A DNA stretch of 29,470 nt from a virus. The stretch lies in the IMG/VR virus record IMGVR_UViG_3300007818_000003, positions 1 to 29,470 of that record, one strand, 5' to 3'. The notes under the pieces are model-generated. The model was not told the DNA's origin. It ran no database searches and saw only the letters and a program-made list of their open reading frames with translations. Shown piece by piece: positions 5,370 to 12,507 of this stretch. How positions within the stretch are numbered: the stretch's first letter is position 1; the number at the start of each line of letters is the position of its first letter. A program made the position numbers and the translations under genes.

Positions 5370-5592
5370 TAAACACTATGCCAGAGGCGTCAGGAAGCTG
5401 TCTAAAGAGCTCGAAGAAATGAACGAGACAAAGTATAGGGCAGGGCCTGACGAGTGCTTATATGGCTTAATAAATGACTTGTGGAACTACTGGGATGACG
5501 GTTGGATCCTACCAATGCTCAAGTATAATATTGAAATTACAAGACAAGGCGATGTATTCACTGTGGAAAGAGGAGGAAATGGAAACAATTAA
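5326..5592 (+). CDS. 88-aa hypothetical protein (or the C-terminal continuation of 5082-5369)
   Basis: Internal Met of track ORF 5179-5592. No SD. A 44-nt overlap with the upstream ORF is atypical for this genome. Confidence 0.45.
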   Translation: MESNYKSLKAREKASKHYARGVRKLSKELEEMNETKYRAGPDECLYGLINDLWNYWDDGWILPMLKYNIEITRQGDVFTVERGGNGNN

Positions 5593-5899
5593 TATTAAGT
5601 TTGATAAAGAACAGCTTGAGGAAGTTGTGAAAAAAGTTACTGAAGAACTGAAAAAAGAAAAAGCTAACTTTTATGAGCTTTCAGATACAGGGCATGAAGA
5701 GCCAAAGAAAAAATGGTCAGTAATGTATTTAGAAGCTAACGTTTCTCATTATACGAGTGAAGAAAAGAAAGTATATTTCGGACATTTGTTTAATACTTTA
5801 TCAAAAGAATGTGCATCATATTTTGACTTCTCTGAATATGGTCGTGATCAAGTAGAAGAACTTAAAAGCCAAGGTTGGAAAGAAGAGATTGTCGAATGA
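5579..5899 (+). CDS. 106-aa acidic hypothetical protein (METINIKFDKEQLEEVVKK...)
   Basis: Start refined to the Met preceded by SD agaggagga. In frame with track ORF 5474-5899. Confidence 0.7.
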   Translation: METINIKFDKEQLEEVVKKVTEELKKEKANFYELSDTGHEEPKKKWSVMYLEANVSHYTSEEKKVYFGHLFNTLSKECASYFDFSEYGRDQVEELKSQGWKEEIVE

Positions 5900-6012
5900 G
5901 TGTATTTGAAACTTTTATTAAAATTGATGGTTTTGAAAAATATGAAGTATCTAATCTAGGTAAAGTTAGAAATATAAAAAGCGCAGGCGGCTATAAATGG
6001 AGAAAAAAATGA
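5896..6012 (+). pseudogene. 38-aa remnant of a NUMOD4-type (HNH family) homing endonuclease N-terminus
   Basis: MSVFETFIKIDGFEKYEVSNLGKVRNIKSAGGYKWRKK contains the I.GFE.YEVSNLG.VRN NUMOD4 signature. Its first 17 nt duplicate the sak3 start. ATGA overlaps at both ends. Confidence 0.55.
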
Positions 6013-6563
6013 GCGTATTTGAAACCTTAAGTGTCATTAATGTTAATGATAAAAAGAGTAAAAAGAATAATCTTGACTATCTATCTTGGGCATTTGCATG
6101 GTCTGAAGTTAAAAAAGTATATCCTGAAGCTAACAGTAAAGTTTATGAAAATGAACAAGGGCTAAATTATCACACAGACGGTCACACAGCTTGGGTTAAG
6201 GTTGGTATGACTATTGAGGGCCTAGAACACATTGAGTATTTGCCTGTAATGGACTTCCGCAATCAATCTATCCCAGTTGAAAAACTGACTTCAATGGACG
6301 TAAATAAAGCCATTCAGCGTGGACTAGTTAAGGCAATCGCTCGTCATGGTTTAGGGCTATACATTTATGCGAACGAAGACCTCCCTGACTTGACAGAAGA
6401 ACAGAAAGAACTGGAAGCTGAAAAGCAACGACTTAGAGAAATTCAACCAGCGCTAAATAGAGCTGAAGAACTTGGATATCCTAACATGGAACTACTTAAA
6501 ACAAAGACAAAAAAAGAAATCTTTGATATCATGACAATTTGGAAAGCAACAGAGGGAAAATAA
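6009..6563 (+). CDS. sak3: Sak3-type single-strand annealing protein (DUF1071 family)
   Basis: The motifs LDYLSWAFAWSEVKKVYP and GLGLYIY, plus its position directly upstream of the phage SSB, match p2 ORF35-type Sak3. Start set at MSVFETL (ATGA overlap). Confidence 0.8.
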   Translation: MSVFETLSVINVNDKKSKKNNLDYLSWAFAWSEVKKVYPEANSKVYENEQGLNYHTDGHTAWVKVGMTIEGLEHIEYLPVMDFRNQSIPVEKLTSMDVNKAIQRGLVKAIARHGLGLYIYANEDLPDLTEEQKELEAEKQRLREIQPALNRAEELGYPNMELLKTKTKKEIFDIMTIWKATEGK

Positions 6564-6566
6564 AAA

Positions 6567-6926
6567 ATGGCAATCATTACAGTTACAGCACAAGCGAACG
6601 AAAAGAATACACGAACAGTAAGCACAGCAAAAGGTGATAAGAAAATTATTTCAGTACCTTTGTTTGAAAAAGAAAAGGGATCTAACGTAAAAGTTGCGTA
6701 CGGTTCGGCTTTCTTGCCTGACTTCATTGAATTAGGAGACACCGTAACGGTCAGCGGTCGTGTACAAGCTAAGGAATCAGGCGAGTACGTAAATTATAAC
6801 TTTGTTTTCCCTACTGTTGAAAAAGTATTTAACTCTAATGATAATAGCAAGCAATCACAAGCTAAGCAAGACTTATTTGGTGGTTCTGAACCGATTGAAG
6901 TTAATACGGAAGATTTACCTTTCTAG
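6567..6926 (+). CDS. ssb: Phage single-stranded DNA-binding protein (936-type, p2 ORF34-like)
   Basis: 119 aa. MAIITVTAQANEKNTRTV start and acidic C-terminal tail EDLPF typical of SSB. Synteny with sak3. Confidence 0.8.
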   Translation: MAIITVTAQANEKNTRTVSTAKGDKKIISVPLFEKEKGSNVKVAYGSAFLPDFIELGDTVTVSGRVQAKESGEYVNYNFVFPTVEKVFNSNDNSKQSQAKQDLFGGSEPIEVNTEDLPF

Positions 6927-6938
6927 AAAGTCGGTTAC

Positions 6939-7154
6939 ATGTACACAGCAGAAGAGAGAGAGCAAATTATCGACATCGTGGATAAGATGAGCTTACTAAG
7001 ACAAGACTTTGACGGAGCTTTCACTTGGATCAAGGAAAATGTATCAATGCCATTTGACTTTGACGGAGAACAGCAATTCATATCAGACTTGAAGCAGTTA
7101 GTTAAAATTAACGCTTTAAAGTTTGGTAAAATATATGAGGGAGTATTAAATTGA
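6939..7154 (+). CDS. 71-aa acidic hypothetical protein
   Basis: Track ORF, same strand, tight spacing. Confidence 0.6.
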   Translation: MYTAEEREQIIDIVDKMSLLRQDFDGAFTWIKENVSMPFDFDGEQQFISDLKQLVKINALKFGKIYEGVLN

Positions 7155-7660
7155 CAACATTAAGAGAGCTACACAAAAAACTTAAAATTAAACAAACGCT
7201 TGATAACTACGTAAGAAACACAAATAAAAAATATAAACATAACTTTGTGGCTGATGAAATTCTTGGCGAGGGAATGGCTAAACTGATCGAGCTTAATACA
7301 CAAGGAAAACTTGGACGACATGCACAGCAAATTGCTTATATTAACCATAATTTGAGCTTACAGCGACAAAAGGAGCAACTTGAACAAGCTAACAAACGAC
7401 TCGCTAAACGTGCTGAGAAAGCCCAAAAATTGCTTGACACGGAACTTTTGAAAGATAGCTACATCGAAACACTTGAAATGTTTAGTAAATTCAATGCTGT
7501 TAAACCTAGCTTGTTTGGCGAACTTAAAACACCTGATAAAGTGATTGAGTTCATGGAAAAGAATGGAGTTAAACAAGGTAAATGGCTACGTCCTGAAGGA
7601 GTTGACGCTTGGTTCAAAGAACGCATTATTTGGTTCAAGAATAAATTGAAAGAACAATAA
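7151..7660 (+). CDS. 169-aa hypothetical protein with a coiled-coil centre (TTG start)
   Basis: TTGA overlap with the upstream stop. Followed by a strong terminator. Confidence 0.65.
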   Translation: MTTLRELHKKLKIKQTLDNYVRNTNKKYKHNFVADEILGEGMAKLIELNTQGKLGRHAQQIAYINHNLSLQRQKEQLEQANKRLAKRAEKAQKLLDTELLKDSYIETLEMFSKFNAVKPSLFGELKTPDKVIEFMEKNGVKQGKWLRPEGVDAWFKERIIWFKNKLKEQ

Positions 7661-7670
7661 TATCATATAA

Positions 7671-7701
7671 GACTTTAGGCTTTACAGCTTAGAGTTTTTT
7701 T
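7671..7701 (+). terminator. Rho-independent terminator (11-bp stem with G-U pairs, loop ttac, T7 tail)
   Basis: gactttaggct-ttac-agcttagagtt followed by ttttt. Confidence 0.6.
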
Positions 7702-7709
7702 GATATAAT
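7681..7709 (+). promoter_or_regulatory. Promoter TTTACA-17-(TGa)TATAAT nested in the terminator hairpin
   Basis: -35 at 7681-7686 lies in the hairpin loop and 3' arm. Extended -10 at 7701-7709. Confidence 0.5.
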
Positions 7710-7742
7710 AATACATATAGTTAAAGAAAAGGAGTTACAACA

Positions 7743-8057
7743 ATGGAATTAAAAGAATGTATCACTTGCGGAAGTCACAGCATTACTAATGGTAAATGTG
7801 ATTATTGTGGCAACCAGTACGAAGTAAATGAAGACAAAATATTTTACGGTAATTCAAAAGAAGATGCTTCATCATTAGATGAGGATATAACCTTTCAAGA
7901 TACTAAAACAGGGAAATTAATACTTAAAATTATGATCTATACTTTAGTATCTATTGTTTGGTTTGCGGTAACTGTATTTATTCCACCGCTGTTTATAATA
8001 ACAATTATTTTATTAGTGGTCTATGGTACTTATCATTTTACAATTAAAAAGAAATAG
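7743..8057 (+). CDS. 104-aa zinc-ribbon protein with a C-terminal double-TM anchor
   Basis: CITCGSH...CDYCGN at the N-terminus. LILKIMIYTLVSIVWFAVTVFIPPLFIITIILLVVYGTY is strongly hydrophobic. SD aaaggag. Confidence 0.7.
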   Translation: MELKECITCGSHSITNGKCDYCGNQYEVNEDKIFYGNSKEDASSLDEDITFQDTKTGKLILKIMIYTLVSIVWFAVTVFIPPLFIITIILLVVYGTYHFTIKKK

Positions 8058-8091
8058 CTTATAATGAGGTATAGAATAAAGGAGCAAATAG

Positions 8092-8214
8092 ATGAATAAA
8101 TCAGATTGCTATACTTGTGGAGAAGAGTTTGAAGATAATAATTGTGAGTTTTGCTCATTTGCTTATCCCTTTTGTTCGCTAGAATGCTATGACAAATATA
8201 TGGAAAGTTTATGA
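8092..8214 (+). CDS. 40-aa Cys-rich mini-protein (MNKSDCYTCGEEFEDNNCEFCSFAYPFCSLECYDKYMESL)
   Basis: SD aaaggag 6 nt upstream. Seven Cys, including two CxxC pairs. ATGA overlap with the next gene. Below the track cutoff. Confidence 0.6.
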   Translation: MNKSDCYTCGEEFEDNNCEFCSFAYPFCSLECYDKYMESL

Positions 8215-8468
8215 AGGAAATGACGAAAATAAGATACTTTAACGACAAAAGATATTGCCATTGCTTCGATATACCAACTAGTGATGGATTAGGAGTTTGC
8301 AAAGGCTGCAGAGGATACACGAATATCTGTTATAGTTGCGGTCGCTGTTTACATTGCTGGTATACATCACAGGTTGAACTGTTTACCGAATATAATGAAC
8401 CTGAATTGCTGGAGCTTATAGAAAAATGGAATAAATTTTACCAAAATAGAAAGACAAGGAACAGTTAA
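8211..8468 (+). CDS. 85-aa Cys-rich protein (CHC...CKGC...CYSCGRCLHC)
   Basis: Track ORF, translationally coupled to 8092-8214. Multiple CxxC motifs. Confidence 0.65.
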   Translation: MKEMTKIRYFNDKRYCHCFDIPTSDGLGVCKGCRGYTNICYSCGRCLHCWYTSQVELFTEYNEPELLELIEKWNKFYQNRKTRNS

Positions 8469-8471
8469 TGT

Positions 8472-8500
8472 TTGACAAAGGAAAAGCAATTTGATAGAAT
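8472..8500 (+). promoter_or_regulatory. Early promoter TTGACA-17-(TGa)TAGAAT with TTAATGTTTGACA box
   Basis: -35 at 8472-8477, 17-nt spacer, -10 at 8495-8500. Confidence 0.65.
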
Positions 8501-8523
8501 GTAATTATGAAAGAGGTGAAGAG

Positions 8524-8847
8524 ATGACAACCGAAGAAATAGTGCAAAACTATCAAGTAAAATTGTTAAAGATTATATTTAAAGAAATTGATAGCCTGAT
8601 GAAGAAAAAAGAAAAGGCTGATATAAACGCACAAAAACTTGCTGAAAATGGGTACTCTGTGAGAACGTCAGCACACTGGAAGTCAGTAGGAAATGCAGAG
8701 TTTTACATTAAAGAGATGTATGAAAAATTGAGTGCTTTAGCTGAAATTGATAGACTATTCCATTGGTCAAGTCGTTTACATCAAGAACAATTGCAATTTG
8801 TCAGCAAGTACCCTAAAGTAATGGAAAAATACAGACAATCAAATTAA
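8524..8847 (+). CDS. 107-aa hypothetical protein (MTTEEIVQNYQ...)
   Basis: Start moved downstream of the promoter -10 to the ATG with SD agaggtga. In frame with track ORF 8491-8847. Confidence 0.65.
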   Translation: MTTEEIVQNYQVKLLKIIFKEIDSLMKKKEKADINAQKLAENGYSVRTSAHWKSVGNAEFYIKEMYEKLSALAEIDRLFHWSSRLHQEQLQFVSKYPKVMEKYRQSN

Positions 8848-8857
8848 GGAGAATAAA

Positions 8858-9043
8858 ATGAAAGTATATGTTTTGAGCGGGGATACATATTGTGGAAGTT
8901 GGGGTTCAGAAATAAGTCTCTTTGGAGTATTCTCAAACAAAGAGGAAGCTGAAAAACTAGCTGATAAAATACAATGTGACATTTCTATTGTGAATATTGA
9001 TGAAGTTGAAGAACCTAAATACTTAGGAGGATATTACGAATGA
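8858..9043 (+). CDS. 61-aa hypothetical protein
   Basis: SD taaggaga. Track ORF. Confidence 0.65.
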   Translation: MKVYVLSGDTYCGSWGSEISLFGVFSNKEEAEKLADKIQCDISIVNIDEVEEPKYLGGYYE

Positions 9044-9159
9044 AAGATACAGTAAAAACTTTAACGATAGTCGCAGGTGTCAGCTTTTCATTTATAGTTA
9101 TTGCATGGCTGGCTATGCTTGCGGTGTTGAGCATTACATGGCTTGGAGGAATCATCTAA
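9040..9159 (+). CDS. 39-aa single-TM peptide (MKDTVKTLTIVAGVSFSFIVIAWLAMLAVLSITWLGGII)
   Basis: ATGA overlap with the upstream stop and TAATG overlap with the downstream start. SD ggagga upstream. Below the track cutoff. Confidence 0.5.
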   Translation: MKDTVKTLTIVAGVSFSFIVIAWLAMLAVLSITWLGGII

Positions 9160-9467
9160 TGAATTTTAAAGAAAATAAGCACTATGCCAACGAATACGGT
9201 GTTGAACTTAATGAATACTTGAAACATAATTTTAACTACGAAGAACTTGTAGGGTGGTATACAATGCAGGTATTGAAGTATCTAGTGAGAGCTGGCAAGA
9301 AAGAGGGTGAGAGCTACGATAAGGACTATAAAAAAGCCTTAGACTATGCAGGAGAACTTGCTAACTTAAGTAACGATAATGAGCTTACAGAGTACACTAC
9401 TGACGATATTATGGGCCTTATACAAGAACTAGCTGATGATTTTGAACGCTGGGAAGGAATAAAATAA
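9159..9467 (+). CDS. 102-aa hypothetical protein (possibly DUF3310-like; MNFKENKHYANEY...)
   Basis: Start refined to the Met coupled to the upstream stop. The VLKYLVRAGKKEG...DL-type segment resembles DUF3310 phage proteins (from memory only). Confidence 0.6.
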   Translation: MNFKENKHYANEYGVELNEYLKHNFNYEELVGWYTMQVLKYLVRAGKKEGESYDKDYKKALDYAGELANLSNDNELTEYTTDDIMGLIQELADDFERWEGIK

Positions 9468-9484
9468 TTAAAAATAGTTAATGT

Positions 9485-9513
9485 TTGACAGCATTGGCTT
9501 TTTTTGATATCAT
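9485..9513 (+). promoter_or_regulatory. Early promoter TTGACA-17-(TGa)TATCAT with TTAATGTTTGACA box
   Basis: -35 at 9485-9490, 17-nt spacer, -10 at 9508-9513. Confidence 0.6.
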
Positions 9514-9545
9514 AGTATTATAGAAAAGGAGGTTAAATAACGGAA

Positions 9546-9794
9546 ATGCAAAAAGCTATAAAGGTCGTAGCTTATAACCCTACAACGGAAGAAGAGCTAC
9601 ACTTTAGTTCTAAGGCTCAATGTGCTAAGTATTTCGGACTTAAAGCTAATACAGTCATCAGGTGGCTTGATAATGGTAGACCTGTAATTGAACTGCTGAT
9701 AGACCTAGATAGAAATCAAGTAGAAATTGAAAAACAAAGCAAACTAAATGGCTTTGAATTATTTACGATTAAGGAGTGGTTAGATTATGTGTAA
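9546..9794 (+). CDS. 82-aa hypothetical protein (possible HTH: AQCAKYFGLKANTVIRWLDNG)
   Basis: SD aaaggagg. Track ORF. Confidence 0.65.
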   Translation: MQKAIKVVAYNPTTEEELHFSSKAQCAKYFGLKANTVIRWLDNGRPVIELLIDLDRNQVEIEKQSKLNGFELFTIKEWLDYV

Positions 9795-9975
9795 AAAACG
9801 CAAATACACAAAAATGGGCGCTTTATATTCAATAGTAAGTGCCCAACATGCTAAAAAGAGCAAGAAAAACAAAAATGATAAAATACCAGTTAGAGCTTAT
9901 CACTGTAAGTGGTGCAATTTATATCACCTATCAAGTCAGCAAAGACTAAACATAAAAACAGGAGTGATTGGATAA
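9787..9975 (+). CDS. 62-aa basic protein with a zinc-binding-like motif (RAYHCKWCNLYHLSS)
   Basis: SD aaggag. Track ORF. Confidence 0.6.
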   Translation: MCKKRKYTKMGALYSIVSAQHAKKSKKNKNDKIPVRAYHCKWCNLYHLSSQQRLNIKTGVIG

Positions 9976-10142
9976 TGAAAGATGAATTCACATACTACAC
10001 AGTATCTTGGATATTGGAAAAAGAAATTAAAACACGTAAGTTTTATGATAAAAAAGAGGCTTTAAAATGGAACGAATTACTTCCAGAAGAACAAAGATAT
10101 GAAGTTAAAAAGCATACAGAAATAACGGAGATTATAGCATAA
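9975..10142 (+). CDS. 55-aa hypothetical protein (MKDEFTYYTVSWILEKE...)
   Basis: Start refined to the ATG overlapping the upstream stop (TAATG). SD ggagtga. Confidence 0.6.
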   Translation: MKDEFTYYTVSWILEKEIKTRKFYDKKEALKWNELLPEEQRYEVKKHTEITEIIA

Positions 10143-10324
10143 TGACAAATGAAGAATTATATGAAAGAATTACTGACGTACTAAAAGAACAAGGCATTGG
10201 AATGGCACAACTTGAATTAAAAATTAAAAGTGAAACAGGTAAATATCCTAACCTAAGAGTAACTAAATCACGTTTGAGCTTACCGAATACCGTAGCATTT
10301 CCTTATCTTAATGTTTTTCAATGA
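10142..10324 (+). CDS. 60-aa ORF, possibly the N-terminal part of a longer frame-broken gene
   Basis: Ends 4 nt after a T5 run (10314-10318). Removing one T reads straight into the next ORF (..PYLNVFNDDEMHEI..). Confidence 0.55.
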   Translation: MTNEELYERITDVLKEQGIGMAQLELKIKSETGKYPNLRVTKSRLSLPNTVAFPYLNVFQ

Positions 10325-10487
10325 TGATGAAATGCACGAGATTACGCTTAAAAAGATGAATAATTCAGGAACAGGCGGAGAAGCTATGGACTTACTAGAT
10401 GAGTTGTTATATAGCTTAAAACCAAGTAAAGAGTATCTATATAAGCAACGATTGAAACGTAAAATGCAAAGGGAGGCAATGAGATAA
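10311..10487 (+). CDS. 58-aa ORF (MFFNDDEMHEITLKKMNNSGTGGEAMDLLDELLYSLKPSKEYLYKQRLKRKMQREAMR) without an SD
   Basis: Found by hand, in the +1 frame relative to its two neighbours. No ribosome-binding site before its ATG. Confidence 0.4.
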   Translation: MFFNDDEMHEITLKKMNNSGTGGEAMDLLDELLYSLKPSKEYLYKQRLKRKMQREAMR

Positions 10488-10660
10488 TATTACAAAAGTA
10501 TACGAGTGAGATTAATAGTTCAAAATATCCACGGTCAACAGCTGGAAATATTGCGAACGACTTGAACAAGAAAGACCCTTTCAATAATTATATAGTAAGC
10601 CTTGAGTTAGGTTCTAAAAGGTATATTATTGAAAAATTTGAAATTAGAGGTATGAAATAA
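10463..10660 (+). CDS. 65-codon open frame lacking any ATG/GTG/TTG start near its 5' end
   Basis: Same frame as 10142-10324. Reads ..GGNEIILQKYTSEINSSKYPRSTAGNIANDLNKKDPFNNYIVSLELGSKRYIIEKFEIRGMK. Confidence 0.35.
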   Translation, partial: NAKGGNEIILQKYTSEINSSKYPRSTAGNIANDLNKKDPFNNYIVSLELGSKRYIIEKFEIRGMK

Positions 10661-10810
10661 ATGGAATGCAAACATAATTGGATAACATTAGATTGTTGTT
10701 GTGGTAGTTTAAGTGCAGTTTGCACAATATGCGAAGAAACTACACATGACTACTTAAGTTATTTGGAAACAGAAAAACTTGAATTAGATGAAGACGAGGA
10801 CGAGGAATAA
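10661..10810 (+). CDS. 49-aa Cys-rich acidic-tail mini-protein (MECKHNWITLDCCCGSLSAVCTICEE...)
   Basis: Begins immediately after the upstream stop (10658-10660), and its own stop abuts the next ATG. Six Cys. Below the track cutoff. Confidence 0.5.
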   Translation: MECKHNWITLDCCCGSLSAVCTICEETTHDYLSYLETEKLELDEDEDEE

Positions 10811-11080
10811 ATGAAGCGTTACTACGTAGAAGAAGATGACAATGGCAAAGAGATTAAGCGAAAACTAACAACTTTTGCTAATGATGATTTAACACAGCTT
10901 TCAGATGATGAGCTAGAAACATTATATTATGAGTCATCTGCTCAATTTTTAGCTAAAGCAATGCACTTTATGAAGATTGAGAACGAACTATTTTCAAGAA
11001 AGAATGTAACTGTAAGTGATGAAATTCTAATAAATGCTGGCAATAATATTATTGAAGCTATTAATCAGGTAAGCAACTGA
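10811..11080 (+). CDS. 89-aa acidic hypothetical protein
   Basis: Track ORF, contiguous with neighbours. Confidence 0.65.
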   Translation: MKRYYVEEDDNGKEIKRKLTTFANDDLTQLSDDELETLYYESSAQFLAKAMHFMKIENELFSRKNVTVSDEILINAGNNIIEAINQVSN

Positions 11081-11140
11081 ATCATAAAAAGGAGATTAAT
11101 TATCTTTATTTTAACAGACGACACAACTAGAAGTGTCGCA

Positions 11141-11725
11141 TTGATTCAACAAGCTCATAAAAAGGCAGATAAGGGCTTTAATGATATTGTGGCACAATTA
11201 TATCAACAAGAGTTTAAAACGCAAGAGAAAGCAAAATATGAGCATATAAAGCAAGCTAAGGAGAAAGCAATTGAAGAACAACGAGTTAGTGAAGAAAATC
11301 AACGAAGAGTTGAAGCTGAAAAACAAGCCGAATCTGACAGAATCGCAAGAGAACATGATAAGACAAGTGAACAACCTGACACCAAAAGAGCGCAAGAAAT
11401 TAGCGGAGAAGATGAAAATGATGGAGGTATACCGAACACAGCAACTAGTGGCACTATTGGGAGTGATTGGTCACAAGTAAGTCCTGAAACGGCTAGTGAA
11501 TACCTAGCAAGTAAGACAGGAGTAAGTGCTAGTAAATGGATTGATGTTATTTACAAGGAATCTAGCGGTAACCCTTATGTTGAAAACCCTATTGGGTGCT
11601 GGGGACTATTACAGATTAATCAAAGCGTTCATGGTCAAGTATCTAATTTAAGTCCACAGGCTTATCTAGATAAAGCTGTAAGTATATATCAAGGTTCAGG
11701 TGGAACTGCATGGGCCACTTGGTAA
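11141..11725 (+). CDS. Lytic-transglycosylase-like (SLT domain) protein with a charged coiled-coil N-terminal half; start codon uncertain
   Basis: The C-terminal KESSGNPYVENPIGCWGLLQIN fits the SLT motif ES..NP....G..GL.Q. TTG 11141 lacks an SD. The frame is open from 11081, and SD aaaaggag (11087-11094) sits before in-frame ATT/ATC codons at 11099-11108. Confidence 0.7.
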   Translation: MIQQAHKKADKGFNDIVAQLYQQEFKTQEKAKYEHIKQAKEKAIEEQRVSEENQRRVEAEKQAESDRIAREHDKTSEQPDTKRAQEISGEDENDGGIPNTATSGTIGSDWSQVSPETASEYLASKTGVSASKWIDVIYKESSGNPYVENPIGCWGLLQINQSVHGQVSNLSPQAYLDKAVSIYQGSGGTAWATW

Positions 11726-11769
11726 AATAGTAAATTAAAAAATAGAAAGTAGGATATCTTCAATTACAA

Positions 11770-11801
11770 AAGAAAACCACCAATTAAGGTGGCCTTTTTT
11801 T
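11770..11801. terminator. Bidirectional terminator between the convergent early and late modules
   Basis: accacc-aattaa-ggtgg(cc) stem-loop flanked by an A-run upstream and a T-run downstream. Confidence 0.7.
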
Positions 11802-11802
11802 A

Positions 11803-12507
11803 TTAGTCTACTTTTCCATACTCTGCTTCAAATTCATCTTGATACATAACTGTTTCTGGTAACTTGATTACTCCAAATTTACCTTGGAAACCGCCAAGCA
11901 TACGAGTCGTTTTAATATGTCGCGCTGAAACTCCGTTACATACATACCAATTTTTAGTGTCTTTACAATTAATTAGGAACATTTCGATTTCTTCACTTTC
12001 TTTTGTATTGTTTACTGTGACATTAGTTTGCCCTGTAAGGCGCTTGTTTAGTTCTGCGATAAAGTATGAGCGACAACTCTCTACCGTGCCACCATGAGCT
12101 TCCACTGAACGTCTAGGACATGAAGTAGATGATAACTCTTGATGTAGTTTAACAGTATCATGATTAGGAGTTAGCCCCCATTGTTTCATGTACTTAGCCA
12201 CATCATCTAGTACCGATTGCTCATTTCTTAAGAACTGGTTTAAATCGCCCTCTGATTGGCACACTTCCCAACTGGCATAATTTGCATTACCGTATGAGTT
12301 AGCACAATGCCATGCCATGTTAGAGAAGTCCGAAGCCTGCAATCTTCCGTCATTTCCAATATAAACATGAGCAAAGCCATTTTCAGGGTTATGATTAGGT
12401 AACCAGTTGTTGTAGAAGCCAGCGTTAGCACCATTTGAACCAGCGTCATTGTGAATTACAACCCCAGTAGGGTTATAACCACGTACACCAGCATTAGTTA
12501 TATTCAT
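11803..12507 (-). CDS. Endolysin, N-acetylmuramoyl-L-alanine amidase (Amidase_2/PGRP fold) with a C-terminal binding domain
   Basis: The motifs VVIHNDAGS...AWHCANS...SWEVCQS...HQELSSTSCP are typical of zinc amidases. Last gene of the late module, after the holin. Confidence 0.9.
   Translation of the reverse strand: MNITNAGVRGYNPTGVVIHNDAGSNGANAGFYNNWLPNHNPENGFAHVYIGNDGRLQASDFSNMAWHCANSYGNANYASWEVCQSEGDLNQFLRNEQSVLDDVAKYMKQWGLTPNHDTVKLHQELSSTSCPRRSVEAHGGTVESCRSYFIAELNKRLTGQTNVTVNNTKESEEIEMFLINCKDTKNWYVCNGVSARHIKTTRMLGGFQGKFGVIKLPETVMYQDEFEAEYGKVD

Noticed and set aside
1860-11395. Minus-strand track ORFs inside the early module (1860-2048, 3471-3659, 3696-3902, 6443-6742, 7358-7576, 8033-8320, 10384-10584, 11198-11395)
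   Set aside because: They are antisense to better-supported plus-strand genes. They have hydrophobic low-complexity translations and no SD or promoter. They would oppose the strong unidirectional early transcription.
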